NCBI GenBank assembly: GCA_036002525.1
Contig: DASYTG010000034.1
Span: 41,257 to 105,256 of the forward strand
DNA from: Candidatus Limnocylindrales bacterium
GTDB taxonomy: Bacteria > Chloroflexota > Limnocylindria > Limnocylindrales > CSP1-4
Length of the DNA: 64,000 nt
Direction: 5' to 3'
The notes under the pieces are model-generated. The model did not search any database. It saw only the letters and a program-made list of their open reading frames with translations, and was not told the DNA's origin. Shown here piece by piece: positions 43,668 to 53,858 of this stretch; position 1 is the first letter of the stretch, and every line of letters starts with the position of its first letter. The translations under genes were made by a program, and so were the position numbers.

Positions 43668-44548
43668 TCGGCACCGCCTTGCTGCGCCGCTGCGCGCTGC
43701 TCCTGCATGAAGTTCCGCATCTTCAAGTTCGCCGACGTTGCCGCCTGCTCGGCGGTGGTGCCGACCTTCTGAGTCAGGCGCTCGGAGTAGATGTCGTTCC
43801 GCAGCAGGTCCCGCTGCAGGACGATCTCGTCCATCTGCTCCCTCGCCTGCCTGCGGTGAGGCACGGATCGATCGAGCGCCTCCGTCAGGGCGTTGTCGAG
43901 GCGACCATCGGTCACCCCGGCACGCCTCGCCGCCTCGACGTACACCCGCGCTCGATCCGGCGCGTTCGACGCGATCAGGCGCCTCGCCTCCGACAGCAGG
44001 CGGTTGCGGATCATCGCCTGCGGCTGCCCAATGAGCGGCGCGGCGAGCCCCGTGATAGCCAGCTCGTCGGCAACGCGGCGTGACTCGGTGGCGGCGTCAC
44101 CGACGGGATCGCTGTCGTACAGCGCCTGAGCGAGCGCCCAGTTCGCCTCGACCCACTCCTCCATCGCGGCGAACGCCTGCTCCTCGGTCATCCGCCACTC
44201 GTGCAGCAGGTTTGACCGCTTCTTGTTGTACTCCTCGGCCCGAACGCCGTAGGTCTGGTCGGCGTCGAGCGGCGGGAACTGACGGAGGCGTTCCGCCACT
44301 TCCCGCAGCCGCGCGATCGCCCGCTTCCTGATCTGCTCTGCCTTCTGCTTCGCCTCGGTGGTCATGCGCTCGTACTCCTTCTGCATTCGGGCGCCCTTGC
44401 GGGCGTCTCGCTCCTGTGCCAACTGCTGCTGGATCGCGGCTCGACGTTCAAGCGATGCCGCTGGAATGCCCCACGCCCCATCTCGTTCGATTTGGAGCAG
44501 GAGGATGCGGTGATCGATCGCCGCCAGACGATCGGCGTGCTTGCCCAT
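43664..44548 (-). CDS. all-helical orphan protein (294 aa)
   Basis: Charged, coiled-coil-like composition (QQQLAQERDARKGARMQKEYERMTTEAKQKAEQIRKRAIARLREVAERL...). It is translationally coupled to the endonuclease VII gene (shared position 44548). Confidence 0.65.
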   Translation of the reverse strand: MGKHADRLAAIDHRILLLQIERDGAWGIPAASLERRAAIQQQLAQERDARKGARMQKEYERMTTEAKQKAEQIRKRAIARLREVAERLRQFPPLDADQTYGVRAEEYNKKRSNLLHEWRMTEEQAFAAMEEWVEANWALAQALYDSDPVGDAATESRRVADELAITGLAAPLIGQPQAMIRNRLLSEARRLIASNAPDRARVYVEAARRAGVTDGRLDNALTEALDRSVPHRRQAREQMDEIVLQRDLLRNDIYSERLTQKVGTTAEQAATSANLKMRNFMQEQRAAAQQGGAE

Positions 44549-45105
44549 CAGACCTCGACCTCGAATGCTTCGAGGTAGGCGGCGAGTCGCCGCAGCACCT
44601 CAAGTGAGTCATGGACCCGCGCCAGCGTCGTGTTGCACGTCGCGCACAGGAGTCCTCTGATGCACTTCCCGCACGAGCGTTCGCCCGGGCAGCACTTGTG
44701 GTCGTGATCGACAGACAGGCGCGTGCGCTTCCCCCGCCGCAGCGACTCACGTTTCCCACAACCCGCGCATCGCCCGCCCTGCATGTTGAGGAGCAAGTCG
44801 TACTCGTCAGGGGTGAGGGAGTACCTCCTCAGCGAAGCGCGCTTATCGACCAGCTGCCCTTCGGGTGTTGCGCGGTACCGACGCGACAGCGCGAGGTCTT
44901 GCACCTTGCGCGCCCTGCCTCGGTCCAGTTCACATGGACGGCAGTAACCGCCAACGTACCCGGATCGATACACGTGCCTCGGGCGCGCCTGGCACCGCGG
45001 GCACGTCCTGAGAGATGAGGCCTCATCAGCCTCGCCTGTGACCCGGCTAGAAAGGTCGCTCTCGGGCGCGACGACGATTTCCGGGTCAAGACACCTGACC
45101 ATCAT
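44548..45105 (-). CDS. recombination endonuclease VII family protein with N-terminal zinc ribbon
   Basis: YSLTPDEYDLLLNMQGGRCAGCG...LSVDHDHKCC...IRGLLCATCNTTL is a typical Endonuclease_7 signature. N-terminal CPRCQ...CRPCE. Confidence 0.85.
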   Translation of the reverse strand: MMVRCLDPEIVVAPESDLSSRVTGEADEASSLRTCPRCQARPRHVYRSGYVGGYCRPCELDRGRARKVQDLALSRRYRATPEGQLVDKRASLRRYSLTPDEYDLLLNMQGGRCAGCGKRESLRRGKRTRLSVDHDHKCCPGERSCGKCIRGLLCATCNTTLARVHDSLEVLRRLAAYLEAFEVEV

Positions 45106-45153
45106 GGCGTCACGTCCTTTGACCGTCGCTCTGCGTCAATAGACCTCGATCGT

Positions 45154-45450
45154 TCATTCGCCCTCCTCCTGTGGCGGCTGTGGGAACCAGATCGCCCGAC
45201 AAGCGGCATACACGCCAACCACCATGTCCCCGTGGCGATTGACGTTCGGCGGTTTGCTGTGGGCGATCGCCTCCGACACCGCGGGATCGAGGTTCGGCAC
45301 CTGCCCAAGGAGCGTGTTGAACCACGCGTCGAAGACCTGCCCGACCGGGACATACCGCTCTTCGCCGTTGTCGATCCGGCGGAAGGTCACGTACTTGGGC
45401 GACACCCGCATCTCCGCCTTGGCGATGCGCGCCGCGAGTGAACTGGTCAT
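45154..45450 (-). CDS. hypothetical protein (98 aa)
   Basis: Normal composition (RVSPKYVTFRRIDNGEERYVPVGQVFDAWFNTLLGQ...) and the same strand as the operon. Confidence 0.5.
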   Translation of the reverse strand: MTSSLAARIAKAEMRVSPKYVTFRRIDNGEERYVPVGQVFDAWFNTLLGQVPNLDPAVSEAIAHSKPPNVNRHGDMVVGVYAACRAIWFPQPPQEEGE

Positions 45451-45549
45451 CGAGCCTAAGCACCGGCAGACCGGGGACCGGGACCCAGAAATGCCAGTGC
45501 CACCCCGCAGCGGCCTCGAGGTCGTCGTACAGGGGGTGGGGTGGGGTGC

Positions 45550-46002
45550 TTACTCATCGTCGTACTGCGGTGGCGGCGTCGAGTCGTCAGGATCGTGCAG
45601 GAGGGCGTCGATCCGACGCTGACGCTCCTCCATCTCGCCGGTCATCAACACCCGCACCGCAGCGGTTGCCAGTGAGGCGAGCGCAGACGCGCGAGTGGGC
45701 GACAAGGCGCCCGACTGGACATCAGCCATCGCCTTGACCACGTCATCGAACACTGAGCGAAGGCGTGGTGGCATCAACCTCTGGACACGACTGACCGTGC
45801 TTGACGAGCGCCCAGCGAGGACACGTGTCTTCGCCTTGGCGTCGGCAGTGATGTTCGGATCGTGGAAGTAGCAGAACCCGCTTCGACCAGCGAACGCACC
45901 GCACCGAACACCGTCCTTCTTGATCCCCTTGCAGCGGGGGTTGCCGGTCGGTGTCAGGTCGTCGTCCTTGACCACACGCAGTGCTGCTTGCCGTCTCGTC
46001 AC
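45550..46002 (-). CDS. hypothetical protein with Cys/His cluster (150 aa)
   Basis: NPRCKGIKKDGVRCGAFAGRSGFCYFHD is a putative zinc-binding N-terminus, followed by a helical C-terminus. GTG start with SD aaggagg. Confidence 0.6.
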   Translation of the reverse strand: MTRRQAALRVVKDDDLTPTGNPRCKGIKKDGVRCGAFAGRSGFCYFHDPNITADAKAKTRVLAGRSSSTVSRVQRLMPPRLRSVFDDVVKAMADVQSGALSPTRASALASLATAAVRVLMTGEMEERQRRIDALLHDPDDSTPPPQYDDE

Positions 46003-46023
46003 GAGTGCCTCCTTATCTCTCGG

Positions 46024-46147
46024 TTATCGGTCGGTTTAGGTGGTCGAGGCGGTCGATTGCACGTTCGCGCCTGCTGGCTTGCCCGCCTTCGATCGCGCCC
46101 ACTTATGCGGTCGGTCACCGTTTGCCATCAGCACTCCCGACCGCTAA
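46024..46147. repeat. iteron-like repeats TTA(T)(G)CGGTCGG (two direct, one inverted, plus degenerate copies); candidate replication origin or operator
   Basis: TTATCGGTCGGT at 46024-46035, GCGGTCGAT at 46049-46057, TTATGCGGTCGGT at 46103-46115, and inverted CCCGACCGCTAA at 46136-46147. They lie in the 223-bp non-coding gap immediately downstream of the primase-helicase gene. Confidence 0.45.
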
Positions 46148-46225
46148 ACGTTTCCTGAGAGCGACCCGCCGCTACCGTCAGCAGTGACGGCGCCAACGAG
46201 GCCATTGCGGCATCGGTCAGCGGCG

Positions 46226-48148
46226 TCACCGAGGCCTCCGTGGCGTCGTCTTCGCTGCCTTCGCCTTCGCTCGCGCGTGGGCATCCGCGTCGGTCGACGG
46301 TTGACGACGAGACACGCGTATACGGTGTCTCTCGTCAACCACGACGCTGGATGCGGGTTCTGGTTGAGGAGTGGCGTCAACCGAGTCGTCAACTGAGTCG
46401 TCAACCGACCATGTCTTGCGCTCGGATGCAGGTCCACTGCGACGTTCGACAGCGCCGATAGCGCGGAGGTCAGCGAGTGCGGTGTCCTTGCCGATGGCGA
46501 GCATCGAGGTGATCTCCGCCATCGTTCGCGGTCCCGCAGCGAGCAGCACCTTCATGTCCTGCCGTCGCTTGACCATCCGGTCGTTGCTCTTGCCGTAGGA
46601 GATGCGTGGCGCGCCAGCGTTGAGGTACAGCCCGCCCTCGCGGATCAGGACCACGGGATCGGCGGCGCCTTCATACCGCGAGATGATCTGGCACGACCGT
46701 GCCATGTCGTCCTCAGGGACGCGGGTGACCTCGACCATCGTCTCGACCTGGGCCAAGAACTCGGTCGTGCCTCGGTAGGTGCCGCTCCTGTTCGTCTGGT
46801 GAACGACGATGCAGGCGATGCCCCGCGGGATGACCGCCGACCGAACAATGTCCAGCGCGCGGCCTACCTCGGACGCATCGCCCTCGTTCTCGATGCCCGC
46901 CCACGCCCGCAGCGTGTCGATGAGCACCGGTCGCCCCTCGCGCTCGGCAACGCGGGCCGCCTTCATGACGACCTCGGCGAACGTCAAGCCCGGGTTCTGG
47001 GCGCGGGTCAGCAACCGGAAGTCGGTCATCGAGTAACGCCGGATCTTCTCGCCGAGGGTGTCGTACCCCTCCTCGGACACCATCACTGGACCCGGCATGT
47101 GTCTGGCGTTCAATCCGGCAAAGAGCGTCCCGTTGAGGCAGGCCGCGAACAGCCCGAACGCGAGCGACGACTTGCCGTCCTTCGGTCCGCCGACGATGAG
47201 GAGGACTGCGCCACGGTGGAACCACCCATCGATCAGCGGGTCAGGTGGATGGTCAAGGAGGTCGGCGACCATCGCGGGGGCGAGGAACAGCGAGTCGTCG
47301 CTGTCGGGATCGGGCACCGTCCAAGGCCTGCCCGAGCGTTGCACGTCGCGCCAGTCCTTCTCGCCCAGCAACGGGTTGGTAGGTGGGCGGATCGTGGCGA
47401 CCATCAGGCCCGCCTCAATGATCGAGGTCGTTTGTTCCGAATCCGCCTTGCTGCCAGACGAGTCGAGGTCGAAGGCAAGGACAATCGCCTCGACGCCGCG
47501 ATCCCGGAGAGCGCCGATCTCTGTAGGGGTCAGGACCCGGCCCGCCCCTTTCGTGATCGCGTAGGCCTTGACGCCCTGCGAGCGCAGCACGATGCAGTCG
47601 GTTTCGCCCTCGGTCAGCGTCAGCGTCTTCGGGTATCGCTTGCGGAGCGGCCAGATCGGCGGCGTTGACAGTCCTGCCGGTTCCCACGCGAGGCCGTCCT
47701 TCTTCGGCGCCCCCATGACCCGCGTCTTTGCCGGGAGGTCGTCGCCGAACAGGAACGCGACCTTGCCGTCGCGGGCCTCCACCGGCAGCGCATCGATGAC
47801 CGAGCGATCGACGCCGCAGTAGGCGGCGAGCTCGTCCAGCGGATCCTTCTTCGATCGCCGCCTTACCCGTGGGAGCGCTGTCGTGGGCGACACGTCGCTC
47901 GTGCCAATCGGGACGTGGGCGCTGCCGTTCCGCAGGGCGTTGACTGCGTCGAGCATTTCCTGCTGCGAGCAACCTGACCAGCACTTGCCGATGACCCGCG
48001 TTCTGCCAATGGCAACGTCGAGCGACGGGTGTTCGTCACCGTGGGATGGGCAGGTCGCCGTGAACTTCGAGGCGCCGTGCCACTCGACCGGCGCGAGCGC
48101 CTTTGCCCAGTCGCGGAGTTCGGCGCGGAGGCTGTCGGTCGTGGTCAT
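46226..48148 (-). CDS. bifunctional primase-helicase (DnaG-type zinc finger + Toprim + RecA/DnaB-like ATPase; T7 gp4-like layout)
   Basis: CPSHGDEHPSLDV...KCWSGC (CHC2-like zinc finger). Toprim LTEGETDCIV and AFDLDSSG. Walker A LLIVGGPKDGKSSLA, Walker B-like RPVLIDTLRAW, IVVHQTNRSG. C-terminal wHTH-like MAEITSMLAIGKDTALADLRAIG. Confidence 0.85.
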   Translation of the reverse strand: MTTTDSLRAELRDWAKALAPVEWHGASKFTATCPSHGDEHPSLDVAIGRTRVIGKCWSGCSQQEMLDAVNALRNGSAHVPIGTSDVSPTTALPRVRRRSKKDPLDELAAYCGVDRSVIDALPVEARDGKVAFLFGDDLPAKTRVMGAPKKDGLAWEPAGLSTPPIWPLRKRYPKTLTLTEGETDCIVLRSQGVKAYAITKGAGRVLTPTEIGALRDRGVEAIVLAFDLDSSGSKADSEQTTSIIEAGLMVATIRPPTNPLLGEKDWRDVQRSGRPWTVPDPDSDDSLFLAPAMVADLLDHPPDPLIDGWFHRGAVLLIVGGPKDGKSSLAFGLFAACLNGTLFAGLNARHMPGPVMVSEEGYDTLGEKIRRYSMTDFRLLTRAQNPGLTFAEVVMKAARVAEREGRPVLIDTLRAWAGIENEGDASEVGRALDIVRSAVIPRGIACIVVHQTNRSGTYRGTTEFLAQVETMVEVTRVPEDDMARSCQIISRYEGAADPVVLIREGGLYLNAGAPRISYGKSNDRMVKRRQDMKVLLAAGPRTMAEITSMLAIGKDTALADLRAIGAVERRSGPASERKTWSVDDSVDDSVDATPQPEPASSVVVDERHRIRVSRRQPSTDADAHARAKAKAAKTTPRRPR

Positions 48149-48284
48149 CGCGCCTGCCTGCCATTGACAACGCCGCGATGCCCTGCGCGATGATCGCAGG
48201 CCATTTGCCCGTTAGCGAGGAACAAAGTGGACAGGACAATCGGTGCGCGGGACCCTCTGGCGTGGCTCACGGATTGGGTAGGTG

Positions 48285-48611
48285 TCACGACGGCACGTCC
48301 CCGATCCAATACCCCTGCTCCTCGTCGTGGACGACAGCAAACGATCGTTGAGCACATGAACATCCCGCGCGTTCCGTCAGTAACTGACCAAGCAGCAACC
48401 TCACCGCGACCATCACGCACTCGTCGGCGCTGAGGCCCATTGACGACTCGCGGAGGGCGACGAACAGCCCGAGGGCAACGTCAGGGGCGAAGTGCTGCTT
48501 GACCTCCTCGGAGGTGACCGACGAGTGCGCGCAGGCAAGCGTCCATTCGCCGTGATTGCCCGCCTCGGGCCGATCGATCCACTCCGTCCACGCCACGGTG
48601 GGGGTCGTCAT
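48285..48611 (-). CDS. hypothetical protein (108 aa)
   Basis: The ATG overlaps the upstream stop (ATGA at 48608-48611). No family recognised. Confidence 0.5.
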   Translation of the reverse strand: MTTPTVAWTEWIDRPEAGNHGEWTLACAHSSVTSEEVKQHFAPDVALGLFVALRESSMGLSADECVMVAVRLLLGQLLTERAGCSCAQRSFAVVHDEEQGYWIGDVPS

Positions 48612-48886
48612 TCCGACCGCCTCTTTGCCGCGGACCTTTCCGCCATCCTTCTGTAGTGACCGCGCCGCAGGCGCTCGGCAGTCTTGCGCCTCACGTCGTC
48701 AGGCAGCGTGGGATCGATCTCCGTCCAGGGGCAGACCTTGCACGAGTGCCCCTGCAGGAACGACTCGCGGAACCGCCGCTGGGCCTCATCGAAGATGCCC
48801 TCGGGCGCGATCGGATGCAGCTCCCAGCGGCGCCGCCCGCCTTCCTTGCCCGCGCGCGAGAGGTGGGCGAGGCGTTCGGGGGTCAC
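48608..48886 (-). CDS. hypothetical basic protein (92 aa)
   Basis: Coupled at both ends by 4-nt overlaps. RLAHLSRAGKEGGRRRWE ... HSCKVCPW. Confidence 0.55.
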   Translation of the reverse strand: MTPERLAHLSRAGKEGGRRRWELHPIAPEGIFDEAQRRFRESFLQGHSCKVCPWTEIDPTLPDDVRRKTAERLRRGHYRRMAERSAAKRRSE

Positions 48887-49125
48887 GAGTCGCCGCCGTA
48901 CAGGTCGAGGAGGCGGGTGACCAGCGCCTCACTTGGGTTGCCGTTGCCCCGCTCACATTCTGAGAGCCAGAACTGACTGATCCCAGCGAGGCGAGCGGCA
49001 TCGACCTGCCGCATTCCTGCACCAATGCGCGCGAGCAGCAAGGACCGCGCGCCGGGTGGGCGAGCACGTAGTTCGTTCGTGCCCCGCGAGCGCGGGCCTA
49101 GGACTCGACCCCGAGAAAGCGACAT
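48883..49125 (-). CDS. XRE-family helix-turn-helix transcriptional regulator
   Basis: LLLARIGAGMRQVDAARLAGISQFWLSECERGNGNPSEALVTRLLDLY is a typical HTH_3 pattern. It is the first gene of the minus-strand operon. Confidence 0.7.
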   Translation of the reverse strand: MSLSRGRVLGPRSRGTNELRARPPGARSLLLARIGAGMRQVDAARLAGISQFWLSECERGNGNPSEALVTRLLDLYGGDS

Positions 49126-49157
49126 TCGGCGGCGACCTCGAAAGGTCCCGCCGAATG
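49123..49157. promoter_or_regulatory. 15-bp-stem palindrome/hairpin with UUCG loop covering the XRE start codon
   Basis: Plus strand reads CATTCGGCGGCGACCT-CGAA-AGGTCCCGCCGAATG. On the mRNA strand this is CAUUCGGCGGGACCU-UUCG-AGGUCGCCGCCGAAUG (one bulged G). The AUG at 49125-49123 forms the 3' end of the stem. Confidence 0.5.
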
Positions 49158-49369
49158 CATGCTCGGGTCAGATCAGCAGGTCATTGCCTATGCATCGTGC
49201 TCGAACCTTGGGACTCGCCCAAGGGGCCTGCCGGTCGGTTTTCAGTTGCGGCGACGATCGTACACGCAGTAGATGGGGCTATTGCAACCGTCGTCGTGGC
49301 GACCTTATCAACGGCGTCAAGAAAACGAGGTGGAACAAACTTCCGCCGCGCGAACCGACCTGATAAGTC

Positions 49370-49431
49370 CTGACTACTACGTTCAGGCCCGCGCCGAGAA
49401 ATCAGGTTCAACGGCGAATCTGACTACTACG
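49370..49431 (+). repeat. 12-bp direct repeat CTGACTACTACG (49370-49381 and 49420-49431), each followed by an AYCAGGTTC motif
   Basis: Read directly. ATCAGGTTCA at 49401-49410 is identical to 38431-38440. These are candidate integrase arm or accessory sites at the right junction. Confidence 0.45.
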
Positions 49432-49442
49432 CACTCCCTCCC

Positions 49443-50594
49443 CTACCAGGTTCGTATCACGTGATCGGCGAGGCGGCGGGCTTCGTCCGCACGGCCCAGG
49501 GTGAACTCCTGGAACCGGCCCCAGGCCTCGGCGATCCGGCGCGGCTGACGGCTGAACTTGCGCTCGAACCAGTCCGCCCTGTCGGGCCGATCCAGCTCGT
49601 CGGCCCACCAGGCGGTCAGCGGCCCGAACCTCAGCGCGAGGGTCGCCACGTAGCCGAACCGTGCGTCGGCCTCGTCGCCTCGCCAGCCCGCTTCGTGCAG
49701 CCCGGCGAGGTAGCCACGGAGCACGTGCTCTTCGAGGGCAACGGCCTCGGTCGGATCGACCAGGAGCTGCCACAGTGTCGCCCCGACGATGCCGGCGGCG
49801 TCCTCCCCCATCGCACCCAGTCCCGCCAGAGCCCAGTCGAGGACGACGTACGAGTCCCGCCCTGCCTGACCACCCCGAACGAGCACGTTCACCGGGGTCA
49901 CGTCGCGATGAACAAACGTCTGGGGCAGGCCGTCGAGCGCGGCCAGCATTCGTCCTCGATTCGCGGCCAGGCGAGCAAGCGCCTGCGAGCTCGGGGTGGC
50001 GGCGACGGCAAGTGGGCCATGGATTGTCGCGGCACCAGGACCTTCCAGCAACTCCGCGCCGAGCCCTACCCATGAGCGCAGTCCGCCCGCGCCGAGGCCC
50101 TCGACGTCGGGGACAGGGCGGCCCTCGAGATACGCGCCGTTGAACGCGCCGACGCGCCTGGCCACATCCTCGAATCGTTCGAGCGACCAGGGACCGCGCA
50201 CTGCGTCCGCGATCTCCTCGAGACAGAGCCAGAGCGAACCATCGGGACGCTCGACGACGCCGCCGAAGCGCGGCGCCGATAGCTTGCCGGGCAGGTCGTC
50301 TAGCGCGCCTGACGCGTATGCATTGATCTCGCGCTTCCAGAAGTCCCATGCGACCGGATCGGTGGCCGTTGCGTCGGATGCCGGCGGGGCAAAGGTCTTC
50401 GCGACCAACGACCAGCTCACCAACCGACTGTCCGACGTGCGCGCGGTACCGCGGATCCGATGCAGCTCGGCATCCATGATGTTGAGCCAGCCGAGCGCGT
50501 CCCGACTCGCGTCGGTAACCTCCGCCGTGGCATCGCCCAGGAGGCGGCGGACGACCGGTGTCAGCTCAGCGAGATCGACCGCCTCGTCGGCCAC
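49443..50594 (-). CDS. aminoglycoside/choline-kinase-like phosphotransferase (APH family)
   Basis: Brenner motif FVHRDVTPVNVLV and YVVLDWALAG (metal-binding Asp). Confidence 0.85.
   Translation of the reverse strand: MADEAVDLAELTPVVRRLLGDATAEVTDASRDALGWLNIMDAELHRIRGTARTSDSRLVSWSLVAKTFAPPASDATATDPVAWDFWKREINAYASGALDDLPGKLSAPRFGGVVERPDGSLWLCLEEIADAVRGPWSLERFEDVARRVGAFNGAYLEGRPVPDVEGLGAGGLRSWVGLGAELLEGPGAATIHGPLAVAATPSSQALARLAANRGRMLAALDGLPQTFVHRDVTPVNVLVRGGQAGRDSYVVLDWALAGLGAMGEDAAGIVGATLWQLLVDPTEAVALEEHVLRGYLAGLHEAGWRGDEADARFGYVATLALRFGPLTAWWADELDRPDRADWFERKFSRQPRRIAEAWGRFQEFTLGRADEARRLADHVIRTW
49444..49458 (+). repeat. candidate att core, right copy (TACCAGGTTCGTATC)
   Basis: Overlaps the stop and last codons (..HVIRTW*) of the APH-family gene and coincides with the right GC-content break. 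Confidence 0.45.
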
Positions 50595-50597
50595 GGT

Positions 50598-53288
<2,691 letters not shown>

Positions 53289-53527
53289 CCCGGCTCCGTG
53301 ATCGCGTGGGTCGCCTCCCAGCGTAGCCGATCGTGGCCCCGATCGCGCTCGGGCGAACGGTAACGAATCGGGAACGACTGTTATGCCCGCTTAACGGTTC
53401 TGCAATGTGGGGCCGCCGCGTCCGGCATACGCCGGCAGGCAACATCCGGGGCCTACTGAGCCGGTCGCGTTCCACCGGGAAGGCTCCGGCACTCCGGCCC
53501 AGGCCCTGAATTGAAGGAACTGCCGAC

Positions 53528-53737
53528 ATGACACACGAGCACGAGCGGGACACCGTCGTCGTCAGCGACAGCGGGTCCGGCCTCGGGACGATCCTCGGGG
53601 TCCTGCTGATCATCGCCCTCCTCGTCGCGGTGTGGTACTTCACGCTTGGACCGGGCACGACGCCGAGGGAAGGCGGCGGCACCACTCCGGTCACTCCCAC
53701 GCTCGAGGTCCCGTCGCTCCCTGCGCCGAGCGCCTGA
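53528..53737 (+). CDS. small membrane protein (69 aa)
   Basis: A single TM segment LGTILGVLLIIALLVAVWYF followed by a Pro/Thr-rich tail. Confidence 0.45.
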   Translation: MTHEHERDTVVVSDSGSGLGTILGVLLIIALLVAVWYFTLGPGTTPREGGGTTPVTPTLEVPSLPAPSA

Positions 53738-53817
53738 CGACCGGTCCGGCGCGGGCGGGCCCCCTGCCCGCGCCGGACGCCCGACCTCGTCTTCCGGCCG
53801 GGTTTGCCCGGCTCCGT

Positions 53818-53850
53818 CAGACTGGGGCATCAGACTGGGGCATCACTGGA
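53818..53850 (+). promoter_or_regulatory. tandem 13-bp repeat CAGACTGGGGCAT x2 plus a partial third copy, immediately upstream of the response regulator
   Basis: Copies at 53818-53830 and 53831-53843, then CACTGGA. It ends 9 nt before the GTG at 53859 and overlaps the SD ggaggtg. Confidence 0.4.
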
Positions 53851-53858
53851 GGTGTGGA

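Larger units (their letters stand above)
38430..49458. mobile_element. ~11-kb integrative element (satellite-like or minimal genomic island) inserted at the 3' end of the APH-family gene
   Basis: GC drops abruptly inside these bounds in hand-sampled lines. An imperfect 15-bp direct repeat sits at both ends. It contains a tyrosine integrase, an XRE regulator, a primase-helicase, endonuclease VII and many orphans. I recognised no virion or conjugation genes. Confidence 0.7.

Noticed and set aside
49185-49230. tRNA-like T-loop (GGTTCGAGC on the minus strand) near the right end of the element, a possible tRNA integration target
   Set aside because: Flanking bases cannot form a T-stem or an acceptor stem. 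The local structure is instead a simple 7-bp hairpin, CCTTGGG-actcg-CCCAAGG (49206-49224). No cloverleaf could be built.
53289-53527. Possible promoter or leader element upstream of aceE (AT-richer patch ttatgcccgcttaacggttctgcaatgtgg)
   Set aside because: The candidate -35 and -10 hexamers (TTGCAG / TAACAG) are poor and their spacing is ambiguous. No convincing structure or repeat was found, so there is too little support to annotate it.
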